Assembly (NCBI GenBank): GCA_963737655.1
Contig: CAVTTN010000002.1
Location: 5,472,001-5,536,000 of the forward strand
Length of the DNA: 64,000 bases
DNA from: an uncultured Planctomycetota bacterium
Lineage (GTDB): Bacteria; Planctomycetota; Planctomycetia; Isosphaerales; Isosphaeraceae
Reading direction: 5' to 3'
Position numbers and translations under genes: made by a program. Below are positions 31,385 through 41,510 of the stretch, in pieces. The notes below the pieces were generated by a model that saw only the letters and a list, made by a program, of their open reading frames with translations, did no database searches and was not told where the DNA came from. The stretch's first letter is position 1, and each line of letters starts with the position of its first letter.

Positions 31385-31563
31385 GGTGCATGAAATGCAC
31401 CAACCACGCCGCGGCCGACGGGCCGCCCGCCGCCTCGAATTCGAAGGCCGATCGCAACACCTCAACAAGGCCGGGACCACGGGACACGGGAGGCGGGCTT
31501 CGCCCGCCGCCGGTTTGGTGCATTTCATGCACCCTCCATGACGGTGCATTTCATGCACCCTAC
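31381..31563. repeat. REP triplet inside the efflux operon
   Basis: Units at 31381, 31517-31537 and 31543-31563. Confidence 0.9.
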
Positions 31564-31572
31564 AGGTGATCC

Positions 31573-34500
31573 ATGACCATCTCCGAAGTCTGCATTCGTC
31601 GGCCGGTGTTCACCTGGGTCCTCGTGATGATCCCGGTGGTCCTCGGGATCGTGGCGTACAACTCCCTGGGCGTGGACCTGTTCCCGAACGTGGACTTCCC
31701 GGTCTGCACGGTCGTGACGGTCCTGCCCGGCGCGGGCGTGGAGGAGGTCGAGTCCTCCGTGACCAAGCCCCTGGAGGACATCATCAACACCGTCGGCGGG
31801 ATCGAGGAGCTCCGCTCGACCACCAGCGAGGGGATCTCGACGATCACCGTCCAGTTCCTGCTGTCGAAGAACGGCGACGTGGGGACCCAGGAGGTCCGCG
31901 ACAAGGTCACGTCCATCCTCTCGACCCTCCCCGAGGGGACCGAGACGCCGATCATCAACAAGTTCGACACCGACGCCATGCCCGTGGCCACGATCGCCGT
32001 CTCCGGCCGTCGCGACTTCCGCGAGGTCACCGAGATCGCCCGCAAGAAGATCAAGGAGAGGCTGGAGACCGTCCCGGGCGTGGGCGCCGTGAGCCTCGTC
32101 GGCGGCCGGACCCGGGCCATGAACATCATCGTGGACACCGACAAGCTCGTCTCCTACGGGCTCTCGATCGATGACGTGAGGACCGCCCTCCGCCGCCAGA
32201 ACCTGGAAGTCCCCGGAGGGCGGATCGACCAGGGGCCTCGCGAATTGATCCTGAGGACGCTCGGCCGCCTGAACACCGCCGCCGAGTTCAACGCGATGAT
32301 CATCGGCACCAAGAGGGGCTACCCGGTCCGCGTCCGGGACGTCGGCCGCGCCGTCGATTCCAACGAGGAGCCGCGATCGCTCGCCCGACTCGACGGCCAG
32401 AACGCCGTGAGCCTGGTCATCCAGAAGCAGTCCGGGACGAACACCGTGGCCGTGGCCGACGCCATCCAGGAACGGCTGGACGAGCTCCGGGCGGCCCTCC
32501 CGCCGGACATCGTCACCGAGGTCATCCGCGACCAGTCCCGGTTCATCCGCAACTCGATCGAGGAGGTGAAATTCCACCTCCTCCTGGCCGCGGGCCTCGT
32601 CTCGGCCACGATCTTGCTGTTCATCCGCGACTGGCGGACGACCGTGATCGCGACGCTCGCCATCCCCACGTCGATCGTGCCGACGTTCCTGATGATGCAG
32701 TTCATGGGGTTCACGCTCAATAATATCACGATGCTCGGGCTGATCCTGGCGATCGGGATCGTGATCGACGACGCGGTGGTCGTCCACGAGAACATCTTCC
32801 GCCACATGGAGGAGCACGGGCTGGACGGGATGGAGGCCAGCCGGGTCGGCACCCGGGAGATCGCCCTGCCGGTGTTGGCGACGAGCCTGTCGCTGATCGT
32901 CATCTTCCTGCCGATCGCCTTCATGGGGGGGATCGTCGGCCGATTCTTCTCCAGCTTCGGCGTGACGGTCGCCTTCGCCGTGGCGATGAGCCTGTTCGTG
33001 AGCTTCACGCTGACCCCCATGCTCTGCTCGCGGTTCCTCAAGCTGGAGCCGGGCGAGGCGGGCCACGCCAAGAGCAAGGACGGGTTCATCTACAAGATCA
33101 TCGACAAGAGCTACGCGGGCGTCCTCCGGGCGGCCATGAGGTTCAAGTTCGCGGTGGTCCTCCTGACGATCGGCGTGATCGTCAGCACGGTGCCGATCGG
33201 CTCGATCATGGGGTTCTCGCTGATCCCCCGCGACGACCAGAGCGAGTACGAGGTCACCGTGACCGCGCCCGAGGGGTACAGCCTGGAACGGGCCGACGGC
33301 GTGTTCCGCGACCTGGAGAAGAAGCTCCGGGCCCTGCCCGGGACCGTCCACCTCTTCACCACGATCGGCCAGACCTCCGGCGGGGTGACCGTGAAGGGCG
33401 AGGGGGACGTGACCCGGGGGACGATCTATGTTCGCATGAAGGACATCACCGAACGCCCCTACACCCAGTTCGCGATCCAGGAGCAGGCGCGCGGCGTCCT
33501 GGCGCAGTACGGCGAGCTCCGGCTGTCGGTCAATGACGTGTCGCAGTTCCAGGGGGGCCGCCGTCCCCAGCTCTTCCAGGTGAACCTGGGCGGCCCCGAC
33601 CTGGACCGCCTGGCGACGTACGCCGAGACCTTGAAAGAGCGGCTCGGCGCGATGGGCGGGATGACCGACATGGACACCTCGCTGTCGCTGAGGAAGCCCG
33701 AGGTCCAGGTGGCCGTCGATCGCGAGGCGGCGGCCGACCTGGGCATCCCCGTCGGCTCGATCGCCGACACCCTCCGCGTCCTCGTCGGCGGCCTGCCGGT
33801 GAGCAACTTCAAGGACGAGGGGGAGCAGTACGACGTCTGGCTCCGCGCCAAGTCCGAGAACCGCGCGAGCCTCGAGGGCCTCTACGGCCTGACCATCCCC
33901 TCGCCCACCGCCGGCCCGGTCAAGCTCGATAGCGTCGCCCGGCTCGTCGAGAAGTCCGGCCCCACGGAGATCGAGCGCCTGAGCCGCCAGAGGATCGTCA
34001 CCGTCCTGGGCAACCCCGAGTCGATCTCCCTGGGCGAGGCCACCAGCCGGGCCCAAAAAGTCCTCGCGGAGATGAACATGGAGCCGGGCTACTCGGCCGT
34101 CCTCACCGGCCAGGCGAAGACGCTCCAGGAGACCGGCAAGTACATGATGATCGCCTTCGGGCTGTCCATGATGTTCATGTACCTGATCCTCGCGGCGCAG
34201 TTCGAGAGCTGGACCCAGCCGGTGGCGATCCTGATGGCCCTCCCGGTGACGATCCCGTTCGGCCTCCTGTCGCTCGTCCTGTGGCGGACGCCGATGGACC
34301 TCTACGCGATGTTCGGGCTGTTCATGCTGGTGGGGATCGTCAAGAAGAACGGCATCCTCCAGGTGGACGCCACCAACCAGAACCGGGCCAAGGGGATGCC
34401 CCGGCACGAGGCGATCCTCGACGCCAACCGCACCCGGCTCCGGCCGATCCTCATGACCACGATGATGCTCGTCGCGGCGATGGTCCCGATCGCCCTGGGC

Positions 34501-34737
34501 AAGGGGCCCGGGGCCGGGGCCCGGGCCAGCATGGCCAAGGTCATCATCGGCGGCCAGATGCTCTCGCTCGTGCTGGCGCTGGTGGTCACACCGGTGTTCT
34601 ACGCCTTGCTGGACATGACGGTGAACCTGTCGAGGAGGATGGGCATCCGGTTCGCGGTCCAGCCCAGGGAAAAAGCCCCGCACCACGCGGCCGAGGCCAA
34701 GGCCCCGGCGCCCGAGGCGGCGGAGTCGCTGGCGTGA
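31573..34737 (+). CDS. RND efflux permease (AcrB/AcrD/AcrF family)
   Basis: 1054 aa; IRRPV, GIVIDDAVVVHEN, GIVKKNGIL, RLRPILMTT. Confidence 0.95.
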   Translation: MTISEVCIRRPVFTWVLVMIPVVLGIVAYNSLGVDLFPNVDFPVCTVVTVLPGAGVEEVESSVTKPLEDIINTVGGIEELRSTTSEGISTITVQFLLSKNGDVGTQEVRDKVTSILSTLPEGTETPIINKFDTDAMPVATIAVSGRRDFREVTEIARKKIKERLETVPGVGAVSLVGGRTRAMNIIVDTDKLVSYGLSIDDVRTALRRQNLEVPGGRIDQGPRELILRTLGRLNTAAEFNAMIIGTKRGYPVRVRDVGRAVDSNEEPRSLARLDGQNAVSLVIQKQSGTNTVAVADAIQERLDELRAALPPDIVTEVIRDQSRFIRNSIEEVKFHLLLAAGLVSATILLFIRDWRTTVIATLAIPTSIVPTFLMMQFMGFTLNNITMLGLILAIGIVIDDAVVVHENIFRHMEEHGLDGMEASRVGTREIALPVLATSLSLIVIFLPIAFMGGIVGRFFSSFGVTVAFAVAMSLFVSFTLTPMLCSRFLKLEPGEAGHAKSKDGFIYKIIDKSYAGVLRAAMRFKFAVVLLTIGVIVSTVPIGSIMGFSLIPRDDQSEYEVTVTAPEGYSLERADGVFRDLEKKLRALPGTVHLFTTIGQTSGGVTVKGEGDVTRGTIYVRMKDITERPYTQFAIQEQARGVLAQYGELRLSVNDVSQFQGGRRPQLFQVNLGGPDLDRLATYAETLKERLGAMGGMTDMDTSLSLRKPEVQVAVDREAAADLGIPVGSIADTLRVLVGGLPVSNFKDEGEQYDVWLRAKSENRASLEGLYGLTIPSPTAGPVKLDSVARLVEKSGPTEIERLSRQRIVTVLGNPESISLGEATSRAQKVLAEMNMEPGYSAVLTGQAKTLQETGKYMMIAFGLSMMFMYLILAAQFESWTQPVAILMALPVTIPFGLLSLVLWRTPMDLYAMFGLFMLVGIVKKNGILQVDATNQNRAKGMPRHEAILDANRTRLRPILMTTMMLVAAMVPIALGKGPGAGARASMAKVIIGGQMLSLVLALVVTPVFYALLDMTVNLSRRMGIRFAVQPREKAPHHAAEAKAPAPEAAESLA

Positions 34738-34798
34738 CCGTGGCGGCCGGGTCCGGTAGAATCGACCCGGTCGCTCGGATTCGGGGGGGAGGGACGTC

Positions 34799-35101
34799 AT
34801 GCAGATCGCGATCTGGGTCGAGCCGGTGGACGGGATCGGCTTCCGGGCCACCGGATCGGCGCCGATCCCTCTCCACGCCGACGGGGCGACCCGTGACGAG
34901 GCCGTGAGGAACCTCGGCGCGAAGATCCGCGAGCGCCTGGCCGGCGGGGCGGTCCTCCTGCCTCTCGATTTCCCGGGCGAGACGCACCCCCTCCCCTCTC
35001 CCCTCGACGACCTCAAGGACGAACCCCTCCTCGATCGCTGGAAGCGGGCGATGGCCGAGTATCGCCGGAGGGCCGACGAGGAAGACGAGGCCCGAGGGTG
35101 A
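34799..35101 (+). CDS. Putative antitoxin (HicB-like N-terminus)
   Basis: IWVEP..GFRA..ADGATRDEAVRNL; GTGA overlap with the downstream PIN gene. Confidence 0.6.
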   Translation: MQIAIWVEPVDGIGFRATGSAPIPLHADGATRDEAVRNLGAKIRERLAGGAVLLPLDFPGETHPLPSPLDDLKDEPLLDRWKRAMAEYRRRADEEDEARG

Positions 35102-35515
35102 CGCGATTCATCCTCGACACCGATCCCTTGACCCTCCTTCGCGAAGGGAATCCAGCGATCCTGGCGAGGGTCGTCGCGAGATCCGCCGAGGCGTTGGCCG
35201 TCACGGTGATCACGGTCGAGGAGCAGCTCGGGGGCTGGTACGCCCTCCTGCGTCAGGCGAAGGAGCCGGCCGAACTCGCGGGTCTATCGGAGGTTGGCGG
35301 AGTCCGTCGCCTACCTCGGTCGCTTCCCCATCCTGGACTTCCCGGAAGCCGCGATCGCCCGATTTGAGGACCTGAAGAGGAAGAAGCTCAACGTCGGCGG
35401 GATGGACCTCAAAATTGCCGCGATCGTCCTGGAGGCGGGGGCGATCCTCGTCTCGCGGAACCTTCGCGACTTCCGCCGGGTCCCGGGCCTGGTCGTCGAG
35501 GACTGGGCGGCCTGA
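35098..35515 (+). CDS. VapC/PIN toxin (frameshift near 35282)
   Basis: ILDTD..TVEEQL..; MDLKIAAI..VSRNLRDFRRVPGLVVEDW. Confidence 0.85.
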
Positions 35516-35652
35516 TCCCGGCAAGCTCGGGCTTCGGCGCGCGTCCCAATCGCGACGCGCCTCCGTAGAGGACTGCGGAAGAGATCCACCGGCCCGGGAC
35601 TTGCATCATTCTGGGGGCCGGGGGTCTTGTCCTGACCGAACCGGAGGGCGCG

Positions 35653-36557
35653 ATGATGCCCGCGACACGACGATCGCTCGACGAGGCCGACGACACGACC
35701 GGCGAGTTCATCCCGATCCCCAGCCGGTCCCCGACCGTCTCGGTGGAGGTCGGCGCGGCCACCCACCCGGGGAAGGTCCGCGGCAATAACGAGGACAGCT
35801 ACCTCGTCGCCAAGCTCGCCAAGTCGATGAGGATCTGCCGGACCAGCCTCAAGGACGACCTGGCCACGCGGTTCTCCGACGAGGAGGGGTATCTCTTCGT
35901 GATCGCCGACGGCATGGGCGGCGCCGCCGGGGGGGAGGTCGCCAGCACCCTGGCCGTCGAGACGATCGAGGCGTTCATCCTCGACGTCGTGAAGTGGTTC
36001 CTCCACCTCGACCGAGAGGACGCCCAGCTCCTGGCCGAGCTCCGACGGGCCTTCGAGCGCGCCGACGCCTCGGTGATCGACCGGGCGAGGTCCGACCCGA
36101 GGCTCCATGGCATGGGCACCACGCTGACGACCGCCTTCAGCGTGGGGACCGACCTGTTCATCGTCCACGCCGGCGATTCCCGGGCGTATTTGCTCCGTCA
36201 GGGCCATCTGCATCAAATCACCAACGATGACACGCTCGTCAACATCCTGGTGAAAGGGGGGCAGCTCTCGGCCGAGGACGCCCGGCACCATAGCCGTCGC
36301 CACGTCGTGACCAACGTGGTCGGCGGGCCCAATCTCGGCGTCCAGACCGAGGTCCACAAGATCGCCGTCGAGGATGGCGACGTCTTGCTCCTCTGCTCCG
36401 ACGGCCTGACCGAGCCCGTGGAAGACCCGGACATCGCCCAGGTCCTCGTCAAGCATCGCGAACCGGACTTCGCCTGTCGCCGGCTCGTCGAGCTCGCCCT
36501 GGCCGGGGGCGCCCGGACAACGTCACGGTCGTCGCCGCCCGGTATACCGTGAAATGA
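35653..36557 (+). CDS. PP2C family Ser/Thr phosphatase (frameshift near 36510)
   Basis: RGNNED, IADGMGG, MGTT, HAGDSRAY, LCSDGL; terminal PDNVTVV in a shifted frame. Confidence 0.92.
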
Positions 36558-36602
36558 GCCAAGGTCGCGGGGCGCCGGGACGTCGGCGCCCCGTCTCCGA
36601 CC

Positions 36603-37022
36603 TCACTTCTTGTCGTCGGCCAGGTACGAGTCGAACACCCGGACCTTGGCGAACTTCTCCTTGTTCTCCTCGACGAACTGGACGTGCCGGGGGTGCTTCA
36701 GGTACGTGGCGCCGTCTTCCTTCGTCTTGAAGACGATGTGGAGCGACACGTCGAAATCCTTCACGCTGACCGGCTCGGTCACGTCCTCGGCGATCGTCCC
36801 CACGGAGAACGACTCGACCCCCTCGTGCCCCGTCAGGTACTTCTGGCACGACGCCAGGAACGTCCCGCGGGACTCGGCCGAATGGTCCTTCAGCGTGAAG
36901 AAGACCATGTGGGCCTGGCGAGGCGCCGGCGCCGCCGCCGCCCCGGGACGGGCGAAGGCCGCGGCGAGGGGGACGGCGCAGGCGACCAGCAACAGGACGG
37001 ACACAGCGGACCGGGTCGTCAT
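36603..37022 (-). CDS. Dabb family protein with signal peptide
   Basis: HMVFFTLKD..DFDVSLHIVF..HPRH..VRVFDS; paralog of 27093-27401. Confidence 0.85.
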   Translation of the reverse strand: MTTRSAVSVLLLVACAVPLAAAFARPGAAAAPAPRQAHMVFFTLKDHSAESRGTFLASCQKYLTGHEGVESFSVGTIAEDVTEPVSVKDFDVSLHIVFKTKEDGATYLKHPRHVQFVEENKEKFAKVRVFDSYLADDKK

Positions 37023-37112
37023 CGGGGGTTCCTCCAGGAGCATCGTTCGACGGTCGGCCCGGACATCATGACCGGCCGGGGCCGGGCGGGCAAGACGCCT
37101 CGGGGCCGACGG

Positions 37113-38657
37113 TCACGGTCGGCCCGGCGTCGTGGCCCGGGCCATCTGCTCCATCATCTCGGCCTCGTCGATCCCCATCCAGCAATGCCCCTCGCCGGGG
37201 CCGTAGGCGATCGAGCCTCCGTACGGCGGCTCCGCCCGGGAGAGGAAGGCGTCGAGCCGGTGGACGGCCTCGTTGAGAAAATAATCATCCGACTCCCCGA
37301 CCCAAACGTGAATCTTCCCTCGAAGCTTCGGGCCGAGCGTCGCCCAGTCGCGTTCCAGGATCATCCGGAGGTCATACTTCTTCCAATGCTCGGCGACCGC
37401 ACGGTCGATCGCGCCGGTCTTCGGGTCCCAGAGCGGGACGGGCCGACCGTCGGCGCCTTTGGGGCCATAGGTGGCGTTCCACGCGCCCCATTGGCCGCCG
37501 GACATCGCCCAGGAATCGCCCAGGCCGAGCAGGTTTTCCATCCCGAGCTCATGCCTCATCGTGTATCGCACCGCGCCGCCCGGCTCCCTGGCCGCGGGGC
37601 GCTCGGCCCCGTTGGCATCCGTGTAGGCATTTTTGTCCTGGTAGATGTTCACGAGCTGGAATGAGCGGAAATCGACGCCGTCGGGGCAGGACGACCAGCA
37701 GCCGGCGAAATCCTCGGGGTAGAAGACCTGCAACGCCAGCGAGACCCAGCCGCCCGTCGAGCCGCCGTCCAGGACCCGCGACTTGCCGTCGCCGACCCCT
37801 CGGAATTTCGCCTCGACCGACGGGATCAGCTCGCGGGTCACCGCCTCGCCATACGGGCCGTGATTGGCCGAATCGACCTGGTACGGATCGCCCAGGGGGC
37901 CGGCGCCGTCGAGATGGAGGAAGACCATCCTCGGGGCGTCGTCGGCCATCCACGCCTTGCGGAAGGCCGATCCCTCGCGCATCCGGCCGAGCACCTCGGT
38001 ATAGCGCGATCCATAGCCGCCGATGTGGACCCGGAGGGGATATTTGCGGTCCGGCTCCCGGTCGAAGTCGCGGGGCAGGATCACCCCGGCCCGGAGGAAG
38101 ATCGGTCGGCCATGAAATCGGCTCAGCGCCCTGGATTCCAGCTTCACGAACTTGACGAGGTCCGTCTCCCTGGGCACGATCTCGGCGGGGACCTCTTCGG
38201 TCAGGCGGAGGCGGACCGTCCCGCCCTTCGCCGGGTCGAGCTGGATTTTCTCGACCGGGCCGAACAGGTCGCCGGGGGCGTTCGGGAGGTCCAGGTCCGG
38301 GTTCGAGTGGAACGCGGCCTGGGCGAAATACTCTCCGGGCGGGATCGCGGCGAGCGAGGCGACCGGGAAGCACCGGGCGGAGGCGTCGATCACGGCCACG
38401 GACCCGCTCTTCATCCCCCGGACATCGACGGCCAGCATCGGCGGCTCGCCTCGGCCCACCCGCCCCAGGGCCCGCCTCGGCTCGGGCCTCGCCGTCCGCC
38501 CCAGGACCACGAACAACCGCCCCGAGCGAGGAACCTCGATCCCCGGCCGGGCGAATTCCACGTCGAATCGCAGAGGGGGCGAATCCGCCAGGCCCGGCCC
38601 GGCCAGGACCAGCGGCAGGAGGGCGCCGAGCGGGGTCGTCTTGTTGAGGATCGCCAT
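37113..38657 (-). CDS. Secreted alpha/beta-hydrolase (putative esterase)
   Basis: GGSTGGW nucleophile elbow, YQVDSANHGPY, GEGH. Confidence 0.8.
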   Translation of the reverse strand: MAILNKTTPLGALLPLVLAGPGLADSPPLRFDVEFARPGIEVPRSGRLFVVLGRTARPEPRRALGRVGRGEPPMLAVDVRGMKSGSVAVIDASARCFPVASLAAIPPGEYFAQAAFHSNPDLDLPNAPGDLFGPVEKIQLDPAKGGTVRLRLTEEVPAEIVPRETDLVKFVKLESRALSRFHGRPIFLRAGVILPRDFDREPDRKYPLRVHIGGYGSRYTEVLGRMREGSAFRKAWMADDAPRMVFLHLDGAGPLGDPYQVDSANHGPYGEAVTRELIPSVEAKFRGVGDGKSRVLDGGSTGGWVSLALQVFYPEDFAGCWSSCPDGVDFRSFQLVNIYQDKNAYTDANGAERPAAREPGGAVRYTMRHELGMENLLGLGDSWAMSGGQWGAWNATYGPKGADGRPVPLWDPKTGAIDRAVAEHWKKYDLRMILERDWATLGPKLRGKIHVWVGESDDYFLNEAVHRLDAFLSRAEPPYGGSIAYGPGEGHCWMGIDEAEMMEQMARATTPGRP

Positions 38658-38755
38658 GATCGATCGGCCTCGTCCCTTTTCTCGGCGTCGTGTCCCCAGG
38701 AGGCCGGGCCATCGTAAGGAATCCGGCAGCCATCGCGAAAGGGAGGGCCGGACCT

Positions 38756-38810
38756 GGAACTCGGCGTCGGATCGATTTTCGCCGCGAATGTCGATCCGAC
38801 GCCGAGTTCC
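38756..38810. repeat. Perfect 20-bp inverted repeat between divergent genes
   Basis: GGAACTCGGCGTCGGATCGA ... TCGATCCGACGCCGAGTTCC. Confidence 0.7.
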
Positions 38811-38843
38811 TCCCCGACTCCAGGTCCCTGATCGGAGAATCCC

Positions 38844-40061
38844 GTGGACCGCTTGCCCCTGGCCGACGAGTTGCCGTATCGCTTCGAGCCGCCGAGGCTG
38901 CGGCCCTGGGTCGTGAGGGCCACCCGGCCCCTCCGCCGCCGGATGCTCCGCAAGGAGCATCGCGTCGAGAGGATCGAGGTCGAGGGGGTCGAGCGGCTCT
39001 CGCCCCTGCTGAAGACCGGCGACGGCGTCCTGATCGCGCCGAACCATTCGGACCGGGCCGATGGCCTGGTCCTCCTGGACCTGGCCGACCGCGTGGGCGT
39101 GCCGTTCTGTTCAATGGCCGCGCACCAGATCTTCCACGGGACGCGCCGGCTCCGGCACTGGCTGTTCCCCCGGCTGGGGATCTTCCCGGTCGATCGCGAG
39201 GGCTCGGACCTCTCGGCCGTGAAGGCGGCGGTGGAGGTGCTCTCGGCGGGCCGGAACCCCTTGCTCGTCTTCCCCGAGGGGGAGGTGTACCACCTGGCCG
39301 ACCGCCTCACGCCGATCCGGGAAGGCGTGGCGTTCCTCGCCGCCTCGGCCGCGAAGAAGCTGGCCGAGGGGAAGACCTCGTGGATCGTCCCGGTCGGCCT
39401 GAAATATCGATTCCTCGATGGGTTCGACCCCCTGCCCGCCCTGAACGACCTGATGGACCGGCTCGAACGCCGGTTCACCTGGTGGAATGATCGGGAGAAA
39501 TCGCTGGTCGAGCGGATCTATCGGTTCGCCGAGGGGATGCTCGCCCTGAAGGAGCTCGAATACCTCGGCTCGGCCCGGTCCGGGTGCCTCAAGGAGCGGA
39601 TCGCGAGCCTGATGGCCTTCCTCCTCGACTCCCTGGAAGACCGCCTCTTCGGCCGCAAGAAGAGCGACGACCCGCCATCTCGCGTGAAGGAGATCCGCCG
39701 CCACTGCGTCGAGTGGCTGACTTCCAAGGACCTCTCCGACGCCGCGGCGCGGCAGCTCCGGCGCGACCTGAACGACGTGTTCGTGGCCGTCCAGCTCTTC
39801 AGCTATCCCGGCGACTACCTCCGCGAGAACCCGACGGTCGAACGGGCCGCCGAGGTCCTCATGAAGTTCGAGGAAGACGTCCTCGGCGCCGAGTTCGGCG
39901 TCCCCCGAGGCCCCCGCAGGGCCGTCCTCCGCGTGGGAGAGCCGATCGACGTCGGCGCCCGGCTCCACGACGGCAAGCTCAAGGCCGTGGTCGCTTCGGT
40001 GACCGAGGAACTCGAACGGCGAATCCAGGGGCTGCTCGACGCCATCGGCCCCGGGCGTTAA
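38844..40061 (+). CDS. 1-acyl-sn-glycerol-3-phosphate acyltransferase family protein
   Basis: NHSDRAD (HxxxxD), FPVDR, FPEG, IVPVG. Confidence 0.85.
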   Translation: MDRLPLADELPYRFEPPRLRPWVVRATRPLRRRMLRKEHRVERIEVEGVERLSPLLKTGDGVLIAPNHSDRADGLVLLDLADRVGVPFCSMAAHQIFHGTRRLRHWLFPRLGIFPVDREGSDLSAVKAAVEVLSAGRNPLLVFPEGEVYHLADRLTPIREGVAFLAASAAKKLAEGKTSWIVPVGLKYRFLDGFDPLPALNDLMDRLERRFTWWNDREKSLVERIYRFAEGMLALKELEYLGSARSGCLKERIASLMAFLLDSLEDRLFGRKKSDDPPSRVKEIRRHCVEWLTSKDLSDAAARQLRRDLNDVFVAVQLFSYPGDYLRENPTVERAAEVLMKFEEDVLGAEFGVPRGPRRAVLRVGEPIDVGARLHDGKLKAVVASVTEELERRIQGLLDAIGPGR

Positions 40062-40064
40062 GAC

Positions 40065-40156
40065 GGGTGTAGCTCTGGAACCTGGAGTTTTTGGGTGCCC
40101 CCGGTTCTTGAACCGGGGGCACCCTTTGGGAAGATCCAGGTTCCAGAGCTACACCC
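40065..40156. mobile_element. MITE, 92 bp, 22-bp terminal inverted repeats, 9-bp target duplication
   Basis: GGGTGTAGCTCTGGAACCTGGA...TCCAGGTTCCAGAGCTACACCC flanked by CGTTAAGAC on both sides. Confidence 0.85.
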
Positions 40157-40230
40157 CGTTAAGACCTCGTCCCCGCCGTTTCCCCGATCGGCCTGGACAT
40201 CGCCTCGCCCGTCCACGAAACTTCGCCATC

Positions 40231-40939
40231 ATGGACGATCGGCGACGGGTCTCCGAATCCTCCGACGAGCTCCACGGCCCGGGCGGGCTACGAGGCGTGG
40301 GCGTCGTGCTACGACGACGACGGCAACCCCCTGATCGCGCTGGAGGGGGAGGCGGTCCGGGCCCGGTTCGGCCCGATCTCCGGAGACCTGGCGCTGGACC
40401 TGGGCTGCGGGACCGGGCGGCATTCCCTGGCCCTGGTCGAGGCCGGGGCACGGGTCGTGGCGATCGACCAGAGTCCGGCGATGATGGCCCTGGCGAGGCG
40501 GAAGCTCGATGGAGTGGCCTGGGCGAAGCTCGCCCTTCCCGGACGTCTGCCGATCGCCGACGGCCGGGTCGGGCTGATCGTGATGGGCCTGGTGGCCGAG
40601 CACCTGGCCGACCTCCGCCCGGTGGCGAGCGAAGCGGCGAGGGCGAGCCGGCCCGGGGCCAGGCTGGTGCTCTCGGCCCTCCACCCCGACCGCACCGCCG
40701 AGGGCCAGAGGGCCCGGTTCATCGACCCACAGACGGGAATCCGCCGGCCGATCGCCACGGTCCACCGCTCGAAGGACGACTACCGCCGGGAGATCGAGCC
40801 GGCCGGCTGGCGATTCGTCGAGGAAGCCGACCTGATCGTGACGAAGAAAGTCGCCGCCAGCTTTCCCAGGGCGGCCAAGTATGAAGGGCTGCCCCTGGGT
40901 TGGGTCATGAGCCTGGAACGCATCTCGTCGGGTGCATGA
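40231..40939 (+). CDS. Class I SAM-dependent methyltransferase (frameshift near the 5' end)
   Basis: GYEAWASCYD..NPL..LDLGCGTGRH in frame with ORF 40457-40939. Confidence 0.8.
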
Positions 40940-40947
40940 AATGCACC
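40927..40947 (+). repeat. Single REP unit (GTCGGGTGCATGAAATGCACC)
   Basis: Overlaps the methyltransferase stop codon. Confidence 0.8.
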
Positions 40948-40972
40948 ATCCTCGGTCCATGAGGGCCGAGGT

Positions 40973-41425
40973 TCAGCGGACGAGGATCGGGATCGTCACG
41001 CGCTTCCCGCCGAGGTCGCAAGTGAGCTCGCCGTCGATCCCCGTCCCTCCGCGGTAGGGGGCGGGTTCGGACTCGAAGCCGTCACCCTTGGCGAGAAGGG
41101 CGTAGGTCTTCACGCCTCCGGGGACGTTGGAGTTGAACCGGACGTCCGTGGGGGCGGGGGAGAGCGGGGCGGTGCGGTCGGGGTTGAGGAAGTAGGCGGC
41201 GAAGACCGTCGGCGGCCCGTTCTTGGATTTCGCCGGATCGGCGTTCGCCTTCACGACGAACTCGACGTGGCCGAGCCCGTCGGGGATCGGGAAGACGTTG
41301 CCCCCGTGGGGCGGGATCGGCTGGGGCGAGGTGCTCGGGGCGCCACCCCCGCAGCCCGCCAGGAAGAGGGCGAGCGGGGCGGCGAGGGAGATGCGGGACG
41401 TTCTGGAAAGCATCGGATCACTCAT
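40973..41425 (-). CDS. Hypothetical lipoprotein (DUF1559-associated)
   Basis: LFLAGC lipobox; PHGG motif; lies downstream of the DUF1559 gene. Confidence 0.65.
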   Translation of the reverse strand: MSDPMLSRTSRISLAAPLALFLAGCGGGAPSTSPQPIPPHGGNVFPIPDGLGHVEFVVKANADPAKSKNGPPTVFAAYFLNPDRTAPLSPAPTDVRFNSNVPGGVKTYALLAKGDGFESEPAPYRGGTGIDGELTCDLGGKRVTIPILVR

Positions 41426-41510
41426 CGGAAGGAGGGGCCGGGCCGGGCGCATCCTCGCCGGCCCGGCCCCTTCAAGACAGACGGAAAATCGCCGTGTTCC
41501 GGGCGGACGC

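Noticed and set aside
35653..36557. PP2C phosphatase as partner of the two kinases
   Set aside because: It lies about 19 kb away with unrelated genes between; no evidence of linkage.
27093..37022. Two Dabb paralogs as a linked system
   Set aside because: They are 9 kb apart in unrelated contexts and belong to a common family.
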